A stretch of 64,000 nt of DNA from Polyangiaceae bacterium (GTDB lineage Bacteria; Myxococcota_A; Polyangia; Polyangiales; Polyangiaceae), in the NCBI GenBank assembly GCA_035063585.1, contig JAPSGB010000003.1:288001-352000 (forward strand), given 5' to 3'. The position numbers were made by a program, and so were the translations under genes. Shown in pieces: positions 1 to 19,042 of the stretch. Numbering within the stretch: the stretch's first letter is position 1; each line of letters begins with the position of its first letter. The notes under the pieces were generated by a model. It did no database searches. It was not told the DNA's origin and was given only the letters and a program-made list of their open reading frames with translations.

Positions 1-1541
<1,541 letters not shown>

Positions 1542-1565
1542 GTCGGAATCTCCAAGGGTCGAGCG

Positions 1566-5360
<3,795 letters not shown>

Positions 5361-5378
5361 GTCGGCTCGTCTCCGCGA

Positions 5379-5396
5379 ACTGACGCTGACGTCAGT
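5379..5396. promoter_or_regulatory. Palindromic operator ACTGAC-N6-GTCAGT, copy 1
   Basis: ACTGAC gctgac GTCAGT, 18 nt upstream of the activase start codon. Confidence 0.7.
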
Positions 5397-5578
5397 GTAT
5401 TCCTTCAACTAGCGAATGCGCGGCCGAACCGCAACCCCGCGCGGCCCGAATCCGCCCTCCCCTCCACCGCAGAAACCGCGACGAAACGCCGCAAAACGTA
5501 ACGTAACGTCAGATATGCGGCGAGCCCAGACCGGCCGCACTCGGCGCGGTTCCGCGCCGGACCGACACCCCGGATCTG

Positions 5579-5596
5579 ACTGACATGAGCGTCAGT
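5579..5596. promoter_or_regulatory. Palindromic operator ACTGAC-N6-GTCAGT, copy 2
   Basis: ACTGAC atgagc GTCAGT, with arms identical to copy 1 and exactly 200 bp away. Confidence 0.7.
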
Positions 5597-5748
5597 ATGA
5601 GCGGTCGCGGAGGCCGCGGGAGCGCGCGCGGGGGACGTGGGAGAGCGGTCGCGGGGCCCGCGAGAGCGCGCGCGCGGGGGCCGGCTCGGGCGAAGATCGC
5701 GGCGTCTCGAGCGGCCGCGCCGTGGTAACGTGCCGGCCCGAGGGACAC

Positions 5749-6780
5749 ATGAGGCGACTGTCTTTGGCGGCGGGGATCCTGGGCATCTTCGCGCTCGGGG
5801 CTTGCTCGGGGAGCGGCTCGAACGGTGGAGCGGCCTCGGGCGGCGGCGCCGGCGCGAGTAGCGGCGGGGCGAGTAGCGGCGGGGGGCCGAGCAGCGGCGG
5901 CGCGAGCGGCGGCGGCGCGGTACCCACGGTCGGCGGCTGCCCGATCTTCACCGCCGACGACGAATGGAACCGCGACATCTCCTCGGCGCCGGTCGACGCG
6001 ACCTGGACCCAGCGGCTCCGAGACATCGTCGGCGCGAAGCGAATCCACCCCGACTTCGGCGGGGAGTACGGGATCCCGTATAACGTCGTCTCGTCGTCGC
6101 AGCCCGCGGTGCCGATCGCGTTCGACGACTACCCGGACGAGAGCGATCCGGGGCCGTACCCCTTCCCGGAGCCGGGGAGCATCGCGATCGAAGGCAACGC
6201 GCCGACGAGCTGCGACGGCGACTGTCACGTGCTCGTGGTCGAGACGGGCTCCTGCTCGCTCTACGAGGCGTGGGCGTGCGAGCACCGCGGCGGACAGTGG
6301 CACTGCGGTAACGGCGCCAAGTGGGATCTCACGCGCAAGAGCTACGGGCAGCGCCCGATGGGCTGGACCAGCGGGGACGCGGCGGGGCTGCCGATCCTTC
6401 CGGGGCTGGCCCGCTTCGAAGAGGCCGAGGCGGGCGCGATCCGCCACGCGATCCGCTTCACCATGCACTGCTCGATGGCGGGCTACGTCGAGCCCGCGAC
6501 GCACCGCGCGGCCGCCGGGGACTGCGGCTCCGACGCGCCGCCGATGGGGCTGCGCGTGAGGCTCGCGGCGAGCTACGACGTCTCGAGCGCGCCGCCGCGG
6601 GCGCGCGCGATCCTCACCGCGATGCAGCGCTACGGCATGATCCTCGCGGACAACGGCTCCGACTTCTACTTCCAGGGCGACGAGAACCCGGGCTGGACGG
6701 ACGACGATCTCGATGCGCTGAAGGCGGTGCCGGCGAGCGCCTTCGAGGCCATCACCCCGGGGCCGATCGGCAACGAGTGA
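5749..6780 (+). CDS. Lipoprotein of unknown function (Gly/Ser linker plus conserved globular domain)
   Basis: Signal peptide and lipobox MRRLSLAAGILGIFALGAC; Gly/Ser linker; blocks HPDFG..YGIPY, DESDPGPYP, GWTSGDAAGLP, YGMILADNGS. Confidence 0.8.
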   Translation: MRRLSLAAGILGIFALGACSGSGSNGGAASGGGAGASSGGASSGGGPSSGGASGGGAVPTVGGCPIFTADDEWNRDISSAPVDATWTQRLRDIVGAKRIHPDFGGEYGIPYNVVSSSQPAVPIAFDDYPDESDPGPYPFPEPGSIAIEGNAPTSCDGDCHVLVVETGSCSLYEAWACEHRGGQWHCGNGAKWDLTRKSYGQRPMGWTSGDAAGLPILPGLARFEEAEAGAIRHAIRFTMHCSMAGYVEPATHRAAAGDCGSDAPPMGLRVRLAASYDVSSAPPRARAILTAMQRYGMILADNGSDFYFQGDENPGWTDDDLDALKAVPASAFEAITPGPIGNE

Positions 6781-6827
6781 GCCGCGCGCTTGAACGCGCG
6801 CGCCCCCCGCGTTACCGGGAGGTCACC

Positions 6828-7493
6828 GTGGCTGCCCGTCCCAGCAAGAAGAAGCCGGTCGCCAACAAGGCCGAACGCCAGCACGATATCCTGACGGCCG
6901 CGCGCGATCTCTTCGCGAAGCGCGGCTACCACCAGACGACCATCGACGACATCGTCGCCGAGGCCGGGGTCGCGCGCGGCACCTTCTACCTCTACTTCGA
7001 GGACAAGCGCGCGATTTTCGTCGATCTCATCGACCGCTTCAACGCGCGCATCTCGATGGCGATCCTACGGATTTCCCCCGACGACTCGGCGCACACGGTC
7101 GCCGAGCAGGTGCGCGCCAACATCCGCGCCATCATCGGCGTCTTCCTCTCCGAGCGCGCCATGACCAAGATCCTGTTCACGGACGCGGTCGGGGTCGATC
7201 CTGCCTTCGACCGTAAGCTCGCCACCTTCACCGACGAGGTGGTGGGGCTGCTCACCGAGAGCTTGAAGGAGGGGCAGGGCCTCGGCATCGTCGCCGACGG
7301 CGAGCCGCGCGTGCTCGCGTACCTCACCATCGGCGCGCTGAAGGAGCTCCTCTACCAAGCGGTGACCCTCGGGCTCAGCGAGGAGAGCGCGGAGGTGCTC
7401 ACCCAGCAGCTCTACTCGTTCCTCTCCGAGGGCTACCTTCGCACCGGCGCTGGCGGGGCGCGCAGCCCCGCGCGCCGTCACCGACACCGCTGA
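6828..7493 (+). CDS. TetR/AcrR family transcriptional regulator
   Basis: HTH ILTAARDLFAKRGYHQTTIDDIVAEAGVARGTFYLYFEDK; GTG start after GGGAGG. Confidence 0.93.
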   Translation: MAARPSKKKPVANKAERQHDILTAARDLFAKRGYHQTTIDDIVAEAGVARGTFYLYFEDKRAIFVDLIDRFNARISMAILRISPDDSAHTVAEQVRANIRAIIGVFLSERAMTKILFTDAVGVDPAFDRKLATFTDEVVGLLTESLKEGQGLGIVADGEPRVLAYLTIGALKELLYQAVTLGLSEESAEVLTQQLYSFLSEGYLRTGAGGARSPARRHRHR

Positions 7494-7835
7494 GGCGGAC
7501 GGCCGGGAGGGCGCGAGCGGGGCGCGCCGAGCGGTGGTTCGGGTGTCTCGCGCGCCGCCACCGGGAACTTTACCGCCGGCGGCGCCGGCTGCAGGATGGG
7601 GCTGGGGGCGGCTCGGCGCGGAATCGACCGGTCCGGTGCCTCGACACGGCGCGGATCGACTCCGGCAATCTCCCGGAAACCTCCGCCCGCTATCCGTCTC
7701 GAGATGGCGCGTCGCTGCATGGCGAAGGGTCCCGCCGCTCTCGAGGACGGCGCCGGGGTCATGAGCGGCGCGCTGCTCACCGGGCGCGTCGCGCTCGCTC
7801 CTTCCGCGCCGGCGGAGAAGGGATAACCGGATTTC

Positions 7836-9047
<1,212 letters not shown>

Positions 9048-9094
9048 CGGGTCGCTCCCGAGGCTGACACGGCGCGATGGATGGTCGCACGCCG

Positions 9095-9922
9095 CTACCG
9101 CTCGCGCGCCGTCGAGCGCACGACCGCACCGCCCCGCGCCGCGATGACCTCTCCCTCGTCGAGCGGACGCCAGGGCTCGTCCGTGAGCGGGACGCTGGCG
9201 AAGAGCGCCACCCGCTCGGTGGGCGCGAGGGCGACCCCCGCCTCAGCGCCGGTCGCGTCCACGGCGCGTTCCCCGCGCGGCGAGCGCGAGCGCGTGAGCA
9301 GGTGAAGCCCGGGCGGCAAGATGGCGTCGCCGCGCGCGGGCTGCGTGCGGCGGTGCCCGTGCGCGAAGAGCGCGTCCCCATCCGAGTAGAGGAAGTTCGC
9401 GGGACCGAGCGGCCGCAGGCGCGCGGCAAACTCCGCGACCACTCCGAAGCGCTCGTCGAGCGACGGGACCTGGCCGGGCTCGCGCCAAATTCGCGCGAGC
9501 TCGCCGAGCAGCGCGCAGAACGCGCGCTCCGAATCGGTGTCGCCAATCGGCTGATGAGCGCCCCCGGCGGGCGGCGCGTCGAGCCCCTCCAGGTTGCCGT
9601 TGTGCGCGAACGCGTGCACGCGCCCGCCCAGCTCGCGGGTGAACGGCTGGGTGTTGGCGAGCCGGCGCGCGCCCTGCGTCGCGCGCCGGACGTGTGACAT
9701 CACGATGCTGCTCGAGAGCGCGTGGTCGAGCAGGAACCGCACGCACGCGCTCTGGTCGGTCGGCACCGGCTCCCGAACGACCCGCGCGTCACCGTCCTCG
9801 AAGTACGCGACGCCCCAGCCGTCGGGGTTCCGCGAGTCCGCCGCGCCGCGCCGCGAGAATTCGCGAAAGCTGAAGCTCACGTTGGTCGGAGCGCTCGCGC
9901 TCATGGCAAAGAGCTCGCACAT
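9095..9922 (-). CDS. Class II glutamine amidotransferase (YafJ/EgtC-like Ntn hydrolase)
   Basis: MCELF N-terminal nucleophile Cys; motifs DGWG, HVRRAT, NTQPF, FAHNG, GDTDSE. Confidence 0.92.
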   Translation of the reverse strand: MCELFAMSASAPTNVSFSFREFSRRGAADSRNPDGWGVAYFEDGDARVVREPVPTDQSACVRFLLDHALSSSIVMSHVRRATQGARRLANTQPFTRELGGRVHAFAHNGNLEGLDAPPAGGAHQPIGDTDSERAFCALLGELARIWREPGQVPSLDERFGVVAEFAARLRPLGPANFLYSDGDALFAHGHRRTQPARGDAILPPGLHLLTRSRSPRGERAVDATGAEAGVALAPTERVALFASVPLTDEPWRPLDEGEVIAARGGAVVRSTARER

Positions 9923-10113
9923 CGCCGCTTCGAGGAGCCATAGCGCCGCGGGCTGCGCGCGCCCAGGGGGTACGCCGGCGGCGCCCGCCTCCTCGGGTCG
10001 GGGAGCGGGCGTAGGCCCGGCGCGGCCGGCGGCGCGGGGCGTGCGCGCGCGGCGGCGCGTGCCTACATTCTGGCGACGAGGTACGGCGCTTGCAGCCGTG
10101 AGAGGAGTCCAAA

Positions 10114-10428
10114 GTGCCATTTTGCCCGAATTGTCGTGACGAATACGTCGTCGGAGTAGAGCGCTGCGAGGGCTGCGGGCGCGCGCTCGTGGCAGAATTG
10201 CCGCCGCTTCCCGCGCTCGGGGACGTGCGCTGGCGGGAGCTGCCGTCGTTCAACAACGAGGCGGAGGCGCAGATGGTGCGCGCGGCGCTCGACACCTCGG
10301 GGATCCGTACCATGTTGAAGCGCGACGTGTTCGTCTCGGGGTTCGGGAGCCACGGCACCGTGGTCTTCGTTCCCGAGGAGAGCTACGACGAGGCGGCCGG
10401 CATCCGCCGCTCGATGGTCGGCGACTAA
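10114..10428 (+). CDS. Zinc-ribbon/DUF2007-like small protein
   Basis: CPNC..CEGC followed by EAEAQMVRAALDTSGI...VFVPEE; GAGGAG RBS. Confidence 0.75.
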   Translation: MPFCPNCRDEYVVGVERCEGCGRALVAELPPLPALGDVRWRELPSFNNEAEAQMVRAALDTSGIRTMLKRDVFVSGFGSHGTVVFVPEESYDEAAGIRRSMVGD

Positions 10429-10448
10429 CCAACGTGAGAGGTGACACC

Positions 10449-10841
10449 GTGAACGTGCAAAATATGGGAATCCGCCGCGAGCTCCCCATGAGCTTCGACG
10501 AGGCGCTCGCCAAGGTGCCGGAGGCGCTGAAGGCGGAGGGCTTCGGCATACTCACCGAGATCGACGTCAAGGAGACGATGAAGAAGAAGCTCGACGTCGA
10601 GTTCGCGCGTTACCGCATCCTCGGCGCGTGCAACCCCCCCGCGGCGCACAAGGTGCTGTCGGCCGAGCCCGAGATCGGGCTCCTCCTCCCGTGCAACGTC
10701 ATCGTGTATGACCAGAACGGCAAGACGGTGGTCTCCGCGTTCAACCCGCTCCACATCTCCGCCTTCATCGACAAGCCGGAGATCAAGGCGGTCGCCGAGG
10801 AGATCGCGGCGAAGCTCACGCGGGTGGTCGAGTCGCTCTAG
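10449..10841 (+). CDS. DUF302 domain protein
   Basis: Motifs GFGILTEIDV, YRILGACNP, IGLLLPCNVIV. Confidence 0.9.
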   Translation: MNVQNMGIRRELPMSFDEALAKVPEALKAEGFGILTEIDVKETMKKKLDVEFARYRILGACNPPAAHKVLSAEPEIGLLLPCNVIVYDQNGKTVVSAFNPLHISAFIDKPEIKAVAEEIAAKLTRVVESL

Positions 10842-10961
10842 CTTGGGCCGGCGCGGACGAGACGCGGGCCCGGGCGGTGCTCGGTCCCGCGCGAGGAAAG
10901 GCGCCGGTGGCGCCGGCGCGGTTGCGGGTCGTCGCGCAAGAGACTACCTATCGCCCGAGCT

Positions 10962-13847
10962 ATGGACCGATCCGAGCGCGTTCCGAACAGTCTGAGCCTC
11001 GCCTTTCTGGAGGATCTATACGCTGACTGGCTCCGGGATCCGGCGAGCGTGCCGGGGGACTGGCGGCAGTATTTCCAGTCGGAGCTGAACGGAGGCGCGC
11101 GCTCCTTCCAGGCGGGGCCCTCGTTTCGGGTGCCGGGCGTGTTCGAGTTCGGCGCGGCGCCCGCACGCGCACCCGCGCGGGACGACGGGCGCGCAGCTCC
11201 GGCGAGAGCGGTCGCGGCGACGCCGGCGCAGCGGGCGCCGCTCGTGGCTGGAGTCTCGGACGCGGCCGTCCGACAGGATCGCGTGGATCAGCTCATCCGC
11301 GCGTACCGCGTGCGCGGGCACATGGTCGCTCGGATCGATCCGCTCGGCCTCCCGCGCCCGGCGCAGCCCGAGCTCGATCCGGGATTTTACGAGCTCTCAC
11401 CACAGGACCTCGACCGCTACTTCTCGACGCGCACCATTCACGGCGCCGAGGTGCTGACGCTCGCGCAGATGCTCGAGCGCCTCCAGAACACCTACTGTCG
11501 CTCGATCGGCGTGCAGTTCATGCACATCGATGATCTCGACGTGAAGAGCTGGCTGCAAGATCGGATGGAAGGCACCGAGAATCGCATCCAGCTCGGCCGC
11601 GACGAGCAGCTTCGCATCCTCACCAAGCTCACCGACGCGGTGATGTTCGAGGAGTTCATCCAGAAGAAGTACCTCGGCGCCAAGAGTTTCTCGCTCGAGG
11701 GCTCGGAGAGTCTCATCCCGCTGCTCGCCTTCGCCATCGAGCGCGCGAGCGAGCTCGGCATCGACGAGGTCGTGCTCGGCATGGCGCACCGTGGCCGGCT
11801 GAACGTGCTCTCGAACATCATGGGCAAGAGCGCGGCGGAGATCTTCCGCGAGTTCGAGGACAAGGATCCGGAGCTCTACTTCGGCAGCGGGGACGTCAAG
11901 TATCACCTCGGCTACAGCTCGGACTACGTGACGGCCGCGGGCAAGAAGATGCACATGTCGTTGTGCTTCAACCCGAGCCACCTCGAGTTCGTGAACACGG
12001 TGGTACTCGGGCGAACGCGCGCCAAGCAGGACCGCGCGGGCGATCACGCGCGGCGGCGCAAGCTCGCGCTCCTCATCCACGGTGACGCGGCCTTCGCGGG
12101 CGAGGGCATCGTGCAGGAGACGCTCAACCTGAGCGGGCTCGAGGGCTACGCGGTGGGCGGCACCGTGCACGTCATCACCAACAATCAGATCGGCTTCACG
12201 ACGCCGCCGACGCAGGGCCGCTCGAGCACGTACGCGACCGACGTCGCCAAGATGCTCCAGATCCCGATCTTCCACGTGAACGGCGAGGATCCCGAGGCGG
12301 TCGCGCAGGTCGTGCGGCTCGCGCTCGATTTTCGCGATCGCTTCTGTCGCGACGTGGTCATCGACATGTACGGCTACCGCCGCCACGGCCACAACGAAGG
12401 CGACGAGCCCTCGTTCACCCAGCCGCTCATGTACGAGGCGGTGGCCGCGCGCTCGAGCGTGCGAGATGGCTACCTCGAGCACCTCTCGAAGCTCGGCGAG
12501 GTCACCCGCGACGAGGCCGATCAGATCGCGATCGAGCGACGCGAGGAGCTCGAGCGCGAGCTGGGCGAGGCGCGCCGGGAGGACTTCGTGAAGCGCCAGG
12601 ACTGGCTCGGCGGTTACTGGCGCGGCTACGAAGGCGGCCCCGAGGCGCAGGCCAAGGACGTGGACACGAGCCATGACCGCGCCGGGCTCGCGCGGCTCCT
12701 CGAGCTCCAGACCAAGCTCCCCGCGGGCTTCCACGCGCACAAGAAGATCGCCCGGCTCCTCGCGCAGCGCGCGGAGATGGCCGCGGGCGAACGCCCGCTC
12801 GACTGGGGCACGGCGGAGCTCCTCGCGCTCGCGACCCTGCTCGAGGGCGGGATGCGCGTGCGGATGACCGGGCAGGACTGCGAGCGCGGGACGTTCAGCC
12901 AGCGCCACTCGGTCTTGCACGACGTCGAGGACGGCCACCAATACATGCCGCTCGCGCACCTCTCGCCGCGCCAGGGCCCGCTCGAGATCCATAACAGCCC
13001 GCTCAGCGAGGCCGGAGTGCTCGGCTTCGAGTACGGTTACAGCCTCGACTGGCCCGACGCGCTCGTCTTGTGGGAGGCGCAATTCGGCGATTTCGCCAAC
13101 GCCGCCCAGGTCATCATCGATCAGTTCCTGAGCAGCGCCGAGGACAAGTGGAAGCGCCTCTCGGGGCTCGTGATGCTCCTCCCCCACGGGTTCGAGGGGA
13201 TGGGCCCCGAGCACTCGAGCGCGCGGCTCGAGCGGTTTCTCATGTTGTCCGCGGAGGACAACATGCAAATCGCGCAGCCGAGCACGCCGGCGCAGCACTT
13301 CCACTTGCTCCGACGTCAAGCGCTCCGACCCTGGCGCAAGCCGCTCATCGTCTTCACCCCGAAGAGCCTGCTCCGGCACCCGCACGCGACCAGCTCGCTC
13401 GACGACTGCGCGGCGGGTGGATTCGAGCGCATCTTGCCCGACGCGCACGCGACCACACTCGAGGCGCGCGGGAAGATCCAGCAGATCCTCCTCTCGAGCG
13501 GCAAGGTCTATTACGACCTCGACAAGCACCGCGAAGATCTCGGGCGGAAGGACGTCGCCATCTTGCGGCTCGAACAGCTCTATCCGCTCGCCGAGCAGCA
13601 CCTCGCGCGCGCGCTCGAGGGTTATCGCGACGGCACGCCCGTCGTCTGGGCGCAGGACGAGCCGGAGAACATGGGCGCGTGGCGTTACCTCCGCGCGCGC
13701 TTCGGGGATGGGCTCCTCGGGCGCTTCCCGTTCTCGGGAGCCTATCGCCCGGAGTCGGCGAGCCCCGCCACCGGCTCGGCGAGCAGCCACAAGCTCGAGC
13801 AGCAGGCGCTCCTCGAGCGCGCGTTCGAGCGCCCGGCGAAGGGCTGA
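10962..13847 (+). CDS. sucA: 2-oxoglutarate dehydrogenase E1
   Basis: Motifs [57 protein letters not shown]. Confidence 0.98.
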   Translation: MDRSERVPNSLSLAFLEDLYADWLRDPASVPGDWRQYFQSELNGGARSFQAGPSFRVPGVFEFGAAPARAPARDDGRAAPARAVAATPAQRAPLVAGVSDAAVRQDRVDQLIRAYRVRGHMVARIDPLGLPRPAQPELDPGFYELSPQDLDRYFSTRTIHGAEVLTLAQMLERLQNTYCRSIGVQFMHIDDLDVKSWLQDRMEGTENRIQLGRDEQLRILTKLTDAVMFEEFIQKKYLGAKSFSLEGSESLIPLLAFAIERASELGIDEVVLGMAHRGRLNVLSNIMGKSAAEIFREFEDKDPELYFGSGDVKYHLGYSSDYVTAAGKKMHMSLCFNPSHLEFVNTVVLGRTRAKQDRAGDHARRRKLALLIHGDAAFAGEGIVQETLNLSGLEGYAVGGTVHVITNNQIGFTTPPTQGRSSTYATDVAKMLQIPIFHVNGEDPEAVAQVVRLALDFRDRFCRDVVIDMYGYRRHGHNEGDEPSFTQPLMYEAVAARSSVRDGYLEHLSKLGEVTRDEADQIAIERREELERELGEARREDFVKRQDWLGGYWRGYEGGPEAQAKDVDTSHDRAGLARLLELQTKLPAGFHAHKKIARLLAQRAEMAAGERPLDWGTAELLALATLLEGGMRVRMTGQDCERGTFSQRHSVLHDVEDGHQYMPLAHLSPRQGPLEIHNSPLSEAGVLGFEYGYSLDWPDALVLWEAQFGDFANAAQVIIDQFLSSAEDKWKRLSGLVMLLPHGFEGMGPEHSSARLERFLMLSAEDNMQIAQPSTPAQHFHLLRRQALRPWRKPLIVFTPKSLLRHPHATSSLDDCAAGGFERILPDAHATTLEARGKIQQILLSSGKVYYDLDKHREDLGRKDVAILRLEQLYPLAEQHLARALEGYRDGTPVVWAQDEPENMGAWRYLRARFGDGLLGRFPFSGAYRPESASPATGSASSHKLEQQALLERAFERPAKG

Positions 13848-13945
13848 GCCCGAGCGCGCGGCTTCTGACTAGAGAGACTTCAGGGCTTCCCCGGCCGGGC
13901 TCGGGGAGCTAGACACGCATTCGGCCATCAAGGAGGCGCCCGTTC

Positions 13946-15244
13946 ATGTCTATCGAGCTCAAGGTTCCCGAGGTTGGCGAGTCCATCACCGAGGTGCAGA
14001 TCGGCGACTGGCTGAAGCAAGTCGGCGACCGCGTCGCGCAGGATGAGCCGGTCGTGACCATCGAGACGGACAAGGTGACGGTCGAGCTCCCTGCGCCGGT
14101 GAGCGGGGTCATCAGCGAGATTCGCGCCGCCAAGGGCGCCGTCGCGAGCGTAGGCGACGTCATTGGGCTGATGACCGAGGGCGCCGGGGCCAGCGCCGGC
14201 GCGCCAGCGCCGAGGCCAGCGGTCGCTGCCGGGCCGCCCGCGCCCGCCGCGACGGCGCCCGCGAAGCGCACCGCGCCGCCGGCCGCGCCGCCCCAGCCAT
14301 CCTCCCCGGCGAACGAGCCGCCGCCGAAATCGAGCGTGAGCGCGAGCGCCATTCCGCCGGAAGGGTACGCGCGCGTGATGCCGAGCGCGCGGCGCGTGCT
14401 CGCCGAGCGAGGGCTCGACGCGGCCGAGGTGACCGCGACCGGTCCGGGCGGGCGGGTGCTCAAGGAGGACGCGCTCCGCGCCGAGGCGCGCCCGGCCGCG
14501 CCCGCCAGGGAGCCGAGGCCGGCCCCGTCACCGCCGCCGGGCGCGCGGGTGGAAGAGGTGGTCCCGATGAGCCCGATGCGAAAGCGCATCGCCGAGCGCC
14601 TGGTCGAGTCGCAGCAGACCGCGGCGCTCCTCACCACCTTCAACGAGATCGACATGACCGCGGTGATGGCGCTGAGAAAGCAGCATCAGCCGCTCTTCCA
14701 GGAACGCTACGGCATCAAGCTCGGCATGATGAGCTTCTTCGTGAAGGCGGCCATCGAGGGGCTCAAGCTGGTGCCGCAGGTGAACGCGGAGATCCGCGGC
14801 ACCGACATCGTCTATCGGAACTACTACGACATCGGCGTGGCGGTCGGCGGCGGCCGCGGGCTGGTGGTGCCGGTACTTCGCAGCGCCGAGCGGCTCGGCT
14901 TCGCGGAGATCGAGCTCGCCATCCAAGACTTTGGAGCGCGCGCGCGCGACAACAAGCTCAGGCTCGACGAGCTGAGCGGTGGCACCTTCACCATCACCAA
15001 CGGCGGCATCTACGGCAACCTCCTCTCGACGCCGATCATCAACCCACCGCAGAGCGCGATCCTCGGGATGCACGCCATCCAGGAGCGCCCGGTGGCGCGG
15101 GACGGGCAAGTGGTGATTCGCCCGATGATGTACGTCGCGGTGACCTATGATCACCGCATCATCGACGGCCGCGAGGCGGTCACCTTCTTGAAGCGTATCA
15201 AGGAGTGCGTGGAGACTCCGGAGCGCATCCTCCTCGAGGTTTGA
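13946..15244 (+). CDS. sucB: Dihydrolipoamide succinyltransferase E2
   Basis: Lipoyl motif [10 protein letters not shown]3-binding [10 protein letters not shown], catalytic YDHRIIDG. Confidence 0.98.
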   Translation: MSIELKVPEVGESITEVQIGDWLKQVGDRVAQDEPVVTIETDKVTVELPAPVSGVISEIRAAKGAVASVGDVIGLMTEGAGASAGAPAPRPAVAAGPPAPAATAPAKRTAPPAAPPQPSSPANEPPPKSSVSASAIPPEGYARVMPSARRVLAERGLDAAEVTATGPGGRVLKEDALRAEARPAAPAREPRPAPSPPPGARVEEVVPMSPMRKRIAERLVESQQTAALLTTFNEIDMTAVMALRKQHQPLFQERYGIKLGMMSFFVKAAIEGLKLVPQVNAEIRGTDIVYRNYYDIGVAVGGGRGLVVPVLRSAERLGFAEIELAIQDFGARARDNKLRLDELSGGTFTITNGGIYGNLLSTPIINPPQSAILGMHAIQERPVARDGQVVIRPMMYVAVTYDHRIIDGREAVTFLKRIKECVETPERILLEV

Positions 15245-15245
15245 A

Positions 15246-16622
15246 GTGGCAAAATCCCACGACATCATCGTAATCGGCGCCGGACCCGGCGGTTACGTCG
15301 CGGCGCTTCGCGCCGCTCAGCTCGGGCTCGACGTCGGCTGCGTCGAGAAGGAGAGCGAGCTCGGCGGCACCTGCGTGCGGGTCGGCTGCATCCCGAGCAA
15401 GGCGCTCCTCGAGGCGAGCGAGCTCTTCCACCAGGCGAACCACGAGCTTGCCAGCTTCGGCGTGAACGTGTCCGGCGTCTCGCTCGATCTCGCCAAGATG
15501 CAGAAGAAGAAGGACGCGGTCGTGAAGGCGAACACGGGCGGCGTCGCGTTCCTGTTCAAGAAGCGGAAAATTGCTCGCTACGCTGGGCACGCGCGCTTCC
15601 TAGCGCCCGGGCGGATCGAGGTGGGCGGCGAAGCGCTCGAGGCGAAGCACGTCATCATCGCCACCGGGAGTCGGGTGGCGCCGCTCGCGGGCGTGGAGCT
15701 CGACGGCGAGCGCGTGGTGACCAGCACCGAGGCGCTCGCGTTCGCGGAGGTGCCGAAGCACCTGGTCGTGATCGGCGCCGGCGCGATCGGTCTCGAGATG
15801 GCGAGCGTGTGGTCGCGGCTCGGGGCCAAGGTCACCGTGGTCGAGTACCTCGACCGGATCCTGCCGGGGATGGATGGCGAGCTCGCCGACGAGGCCCGCA
15901 AGGTGCTCGCCAAGCAAGGGCTCGAGTTTCGGCTCGGCGCGCGGGTGACCGGGGCGCGCAGAGCCGGTGACGGCGCGGTGGTCGAGATCGATGGCGCGGA
16001 GCCCATCCGCTGCGACCGCGTGCTGCTCGCGGTGGGGCGGGTGCCGAACACCGAGGGGCTCGGCCTCGATGCGCTCGGACTCGAGACCGATCGGCGCGGG
16101 CGGATCCCGGTCGACGAGGCGTATCGGACGGCGAGTCCGAGCGTGTACGCGATCGGGGACGTCATCGCCGGGCCCATGCTCGCGCACAAGGCGAGCGAGG
16201 AGGGCGTGGCGTGCGTCGAGCGCATCGTGACCGGCTACGGGCACGTGAACTACGACGCCATCCCGGCGGTCGTCTACACGCACCCCGAGGTCGCCGCGGT
16301 AGGCAAGACGGAAGAGGAGCTCACCGCGAGCGGCGTGCCGTATCGGAAGGGGAGCTTCCCATTTTCGGCCAACGGGCGCGCGCGCGCCCTCGGGCAGACC
16401 GACGGGCGCGTGAAGATGCTCGCCCACGCCGAGACGGATCGCGTGCTCGGTGCGCACATCCTCGGGCCGCGCGCGGGCGACCTCATCGCGGAGCTCGTGG
16501 CCGCCATCGAGTTCGGCGCAAGCTCGGAGGACATCGCTCGCACCTGCCACGCGCACCCGACGCTCGCCGAGGCCGTGCACGAGGCGGCGCTCGCGGTGGA
16601 CGAGCGCGCGCTCCATATCTGA
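15246..16622 (+). CDS. lpdA: Dihydrolipoamide dehydrogenase E3
   Basis: Motifs GAGPGGY, GGTCVRVGCIPSK, HAHPTLAE. Confidence 0.98.
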   Translation: MAKSHDIIVIGAGPGGYVAALRAAQLGLDVGCVEKESELGGTCVRVGCIPSKALLEASELFHQANHELASFGVNVSGVSLDLAKMQKKKDAVVKANTGGVAFLFKKRKIARYAGHARFLAPGRIEVGGEALEAKHVIIATGSRVAPLAGVELDGERVVTSTEALAFAEVPKHLVVIGAGAIGLEMASVWSRLGAKVTVVEYLDRILPGMDGELADEARKVLAKQGLEFRLGARVTGARRAGDGAVVEIDGAEPIRCDRVLLAVGRVPNTEGLGLDALGLETDRRGRIPVDEAYRTASPSVYAIGDVIAGPMLAHKASEEGVACVERIVTGYGHVNYDAIPAVVYTHPEVAAVGKTEEELTASGVPYRKGSFPFSANGRARALGQTDGRVKMLAHAETDRVLGAHILGPRAGDLIAELVAAIEFGASSEDIARTCHAHPTLAEAVHEAALAVDERALHI

Positions 16623-16737
16623 CGGCGCCGCGCGACCCGGTGGGCGCGGGTAGAGCCCGAGCGCTCGCGCGGCTGGCGACCGCCGCGCGGGCTGCGTTAT
16701 GCTGCCGCGGGATTTCCCACCCCGAGGAGGTATCGCC

Positions 16738-17857
<1,120 letters not shown>

Positions 17858-17883
<26 letters not shown>

Positions 17884-19042
17884 GCGGCGGCTCGAGCGCG
17901 CCGCGCGCCGCGCACTCGTCGACGTGCGCGAGCACCCTCGCGGCCCGCGTGTCGAGCGCAGCGTAGTGCCGCTCGGCGAGCACCGGCGCGAGCGCATCGC
18001 TCGCGAGCGAGCGCTCGAGCGCGCCGCCGAGCGCGGGCGAGTGGCGGAGCGCCGCCACCGTCTCCGGTCGAAACCAGCAGAGCGGCGCGAGCCGCTTCTC
18101 GAGCGAGAACCCCGCGCGGGCGCGCGCGTCGGTGAAGCCCGCGGCGTTGTCGAGGAAGATGAGCCCCCCCGCGCGGCCGAGCGCGAGCACGTTGCCGCCG
18201 CTCTGGCGATCGGGGTTGTCGATGAGATAATCGAAGACGGTAAGATCCGACCACTCGGGCACGCGCGCGCGGAGCTCGTCGGGCACGGACTCCGTCCAGC
18301 CGCGCGGCGGCTCGACCGGCACGAGCCGCCCCTCATGCCAGGCGACCACCGCGCCCGCGACGAGCCCATCTCGCGCGACGACTTCGCGATCGAAGCGCTC
18401 GAGCCACGCGGCGTCCGCGCCGCTCGCCGCCAGGCTCGCGCGGAGCCACTCGCGCGCCACCCGTCGCCCGGCGACCGGCGCCGTGCGCCCGAAGCCGAGC
18501 AGCCGATCGAGATGGTACGCGGCGATCTCGGCGCGGTAGTTACCGGCGCTGTGCGTCTGCTCCGGCTTGAATACCGCGCGCGCACCGTCGGTGAAGGTGA
18601 GGCGGAGGGTGACGGTCGCGCCGCCCCGGTTGCGCGTCGCGCGCGCGATGGGCGAGGTCGCGAGGCGCGCGAGCCACGCCGCGTCCCGGGTCACGTCGAC
18701 CGGCCCCGCGAAGCCGGCGTTCACCGCGAGCGGCTCGGGCACGCGCGGCGCGCGCGCCGCAGGCGAGCCGCGCTCCGGCTCGAGCGGTGACGCCGTCGTC
18801 ACTAGGCTCGGCGCGGGCTCTTCACGCGCATGCTGCGACGCGCTGGCGGAGGCTGACGCCGCCGTCAGCGAGGATGTCGCGGGCCCCGGGCTCGGGAGGG
18901 AGGGTGGTCGGCCCGGCGCGGAACCGCGCGGTGCGACCGCGCTCGGCGGATCCGGTCGGGGCGATTCCGCGCTGGACCGACAACCCGAAGACGAGAGCGA
19001 GGCGGCGAGGATGACGAGGCCGAGGCGCGCCTCGGCCGTCAT
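17858..19042 (-). CDS. Exported lipoprotein, Fam20C/Fam20B-like atypical kinase
   Basis: Signal peptide ending SSSGC; Pro/Ala linker; kinase motifs AVFKP, EIAAYHLDRLLG, FDYLIDNPDR, FLDNAAGF. Confidence 0.8.

Noticed and set aside
7705..7720. Sigma-54-like TGGCGCG...TGCA upstream of amtB
   Set aside because: GG-to-GC spacing is 9 nt, not the obligatory 10
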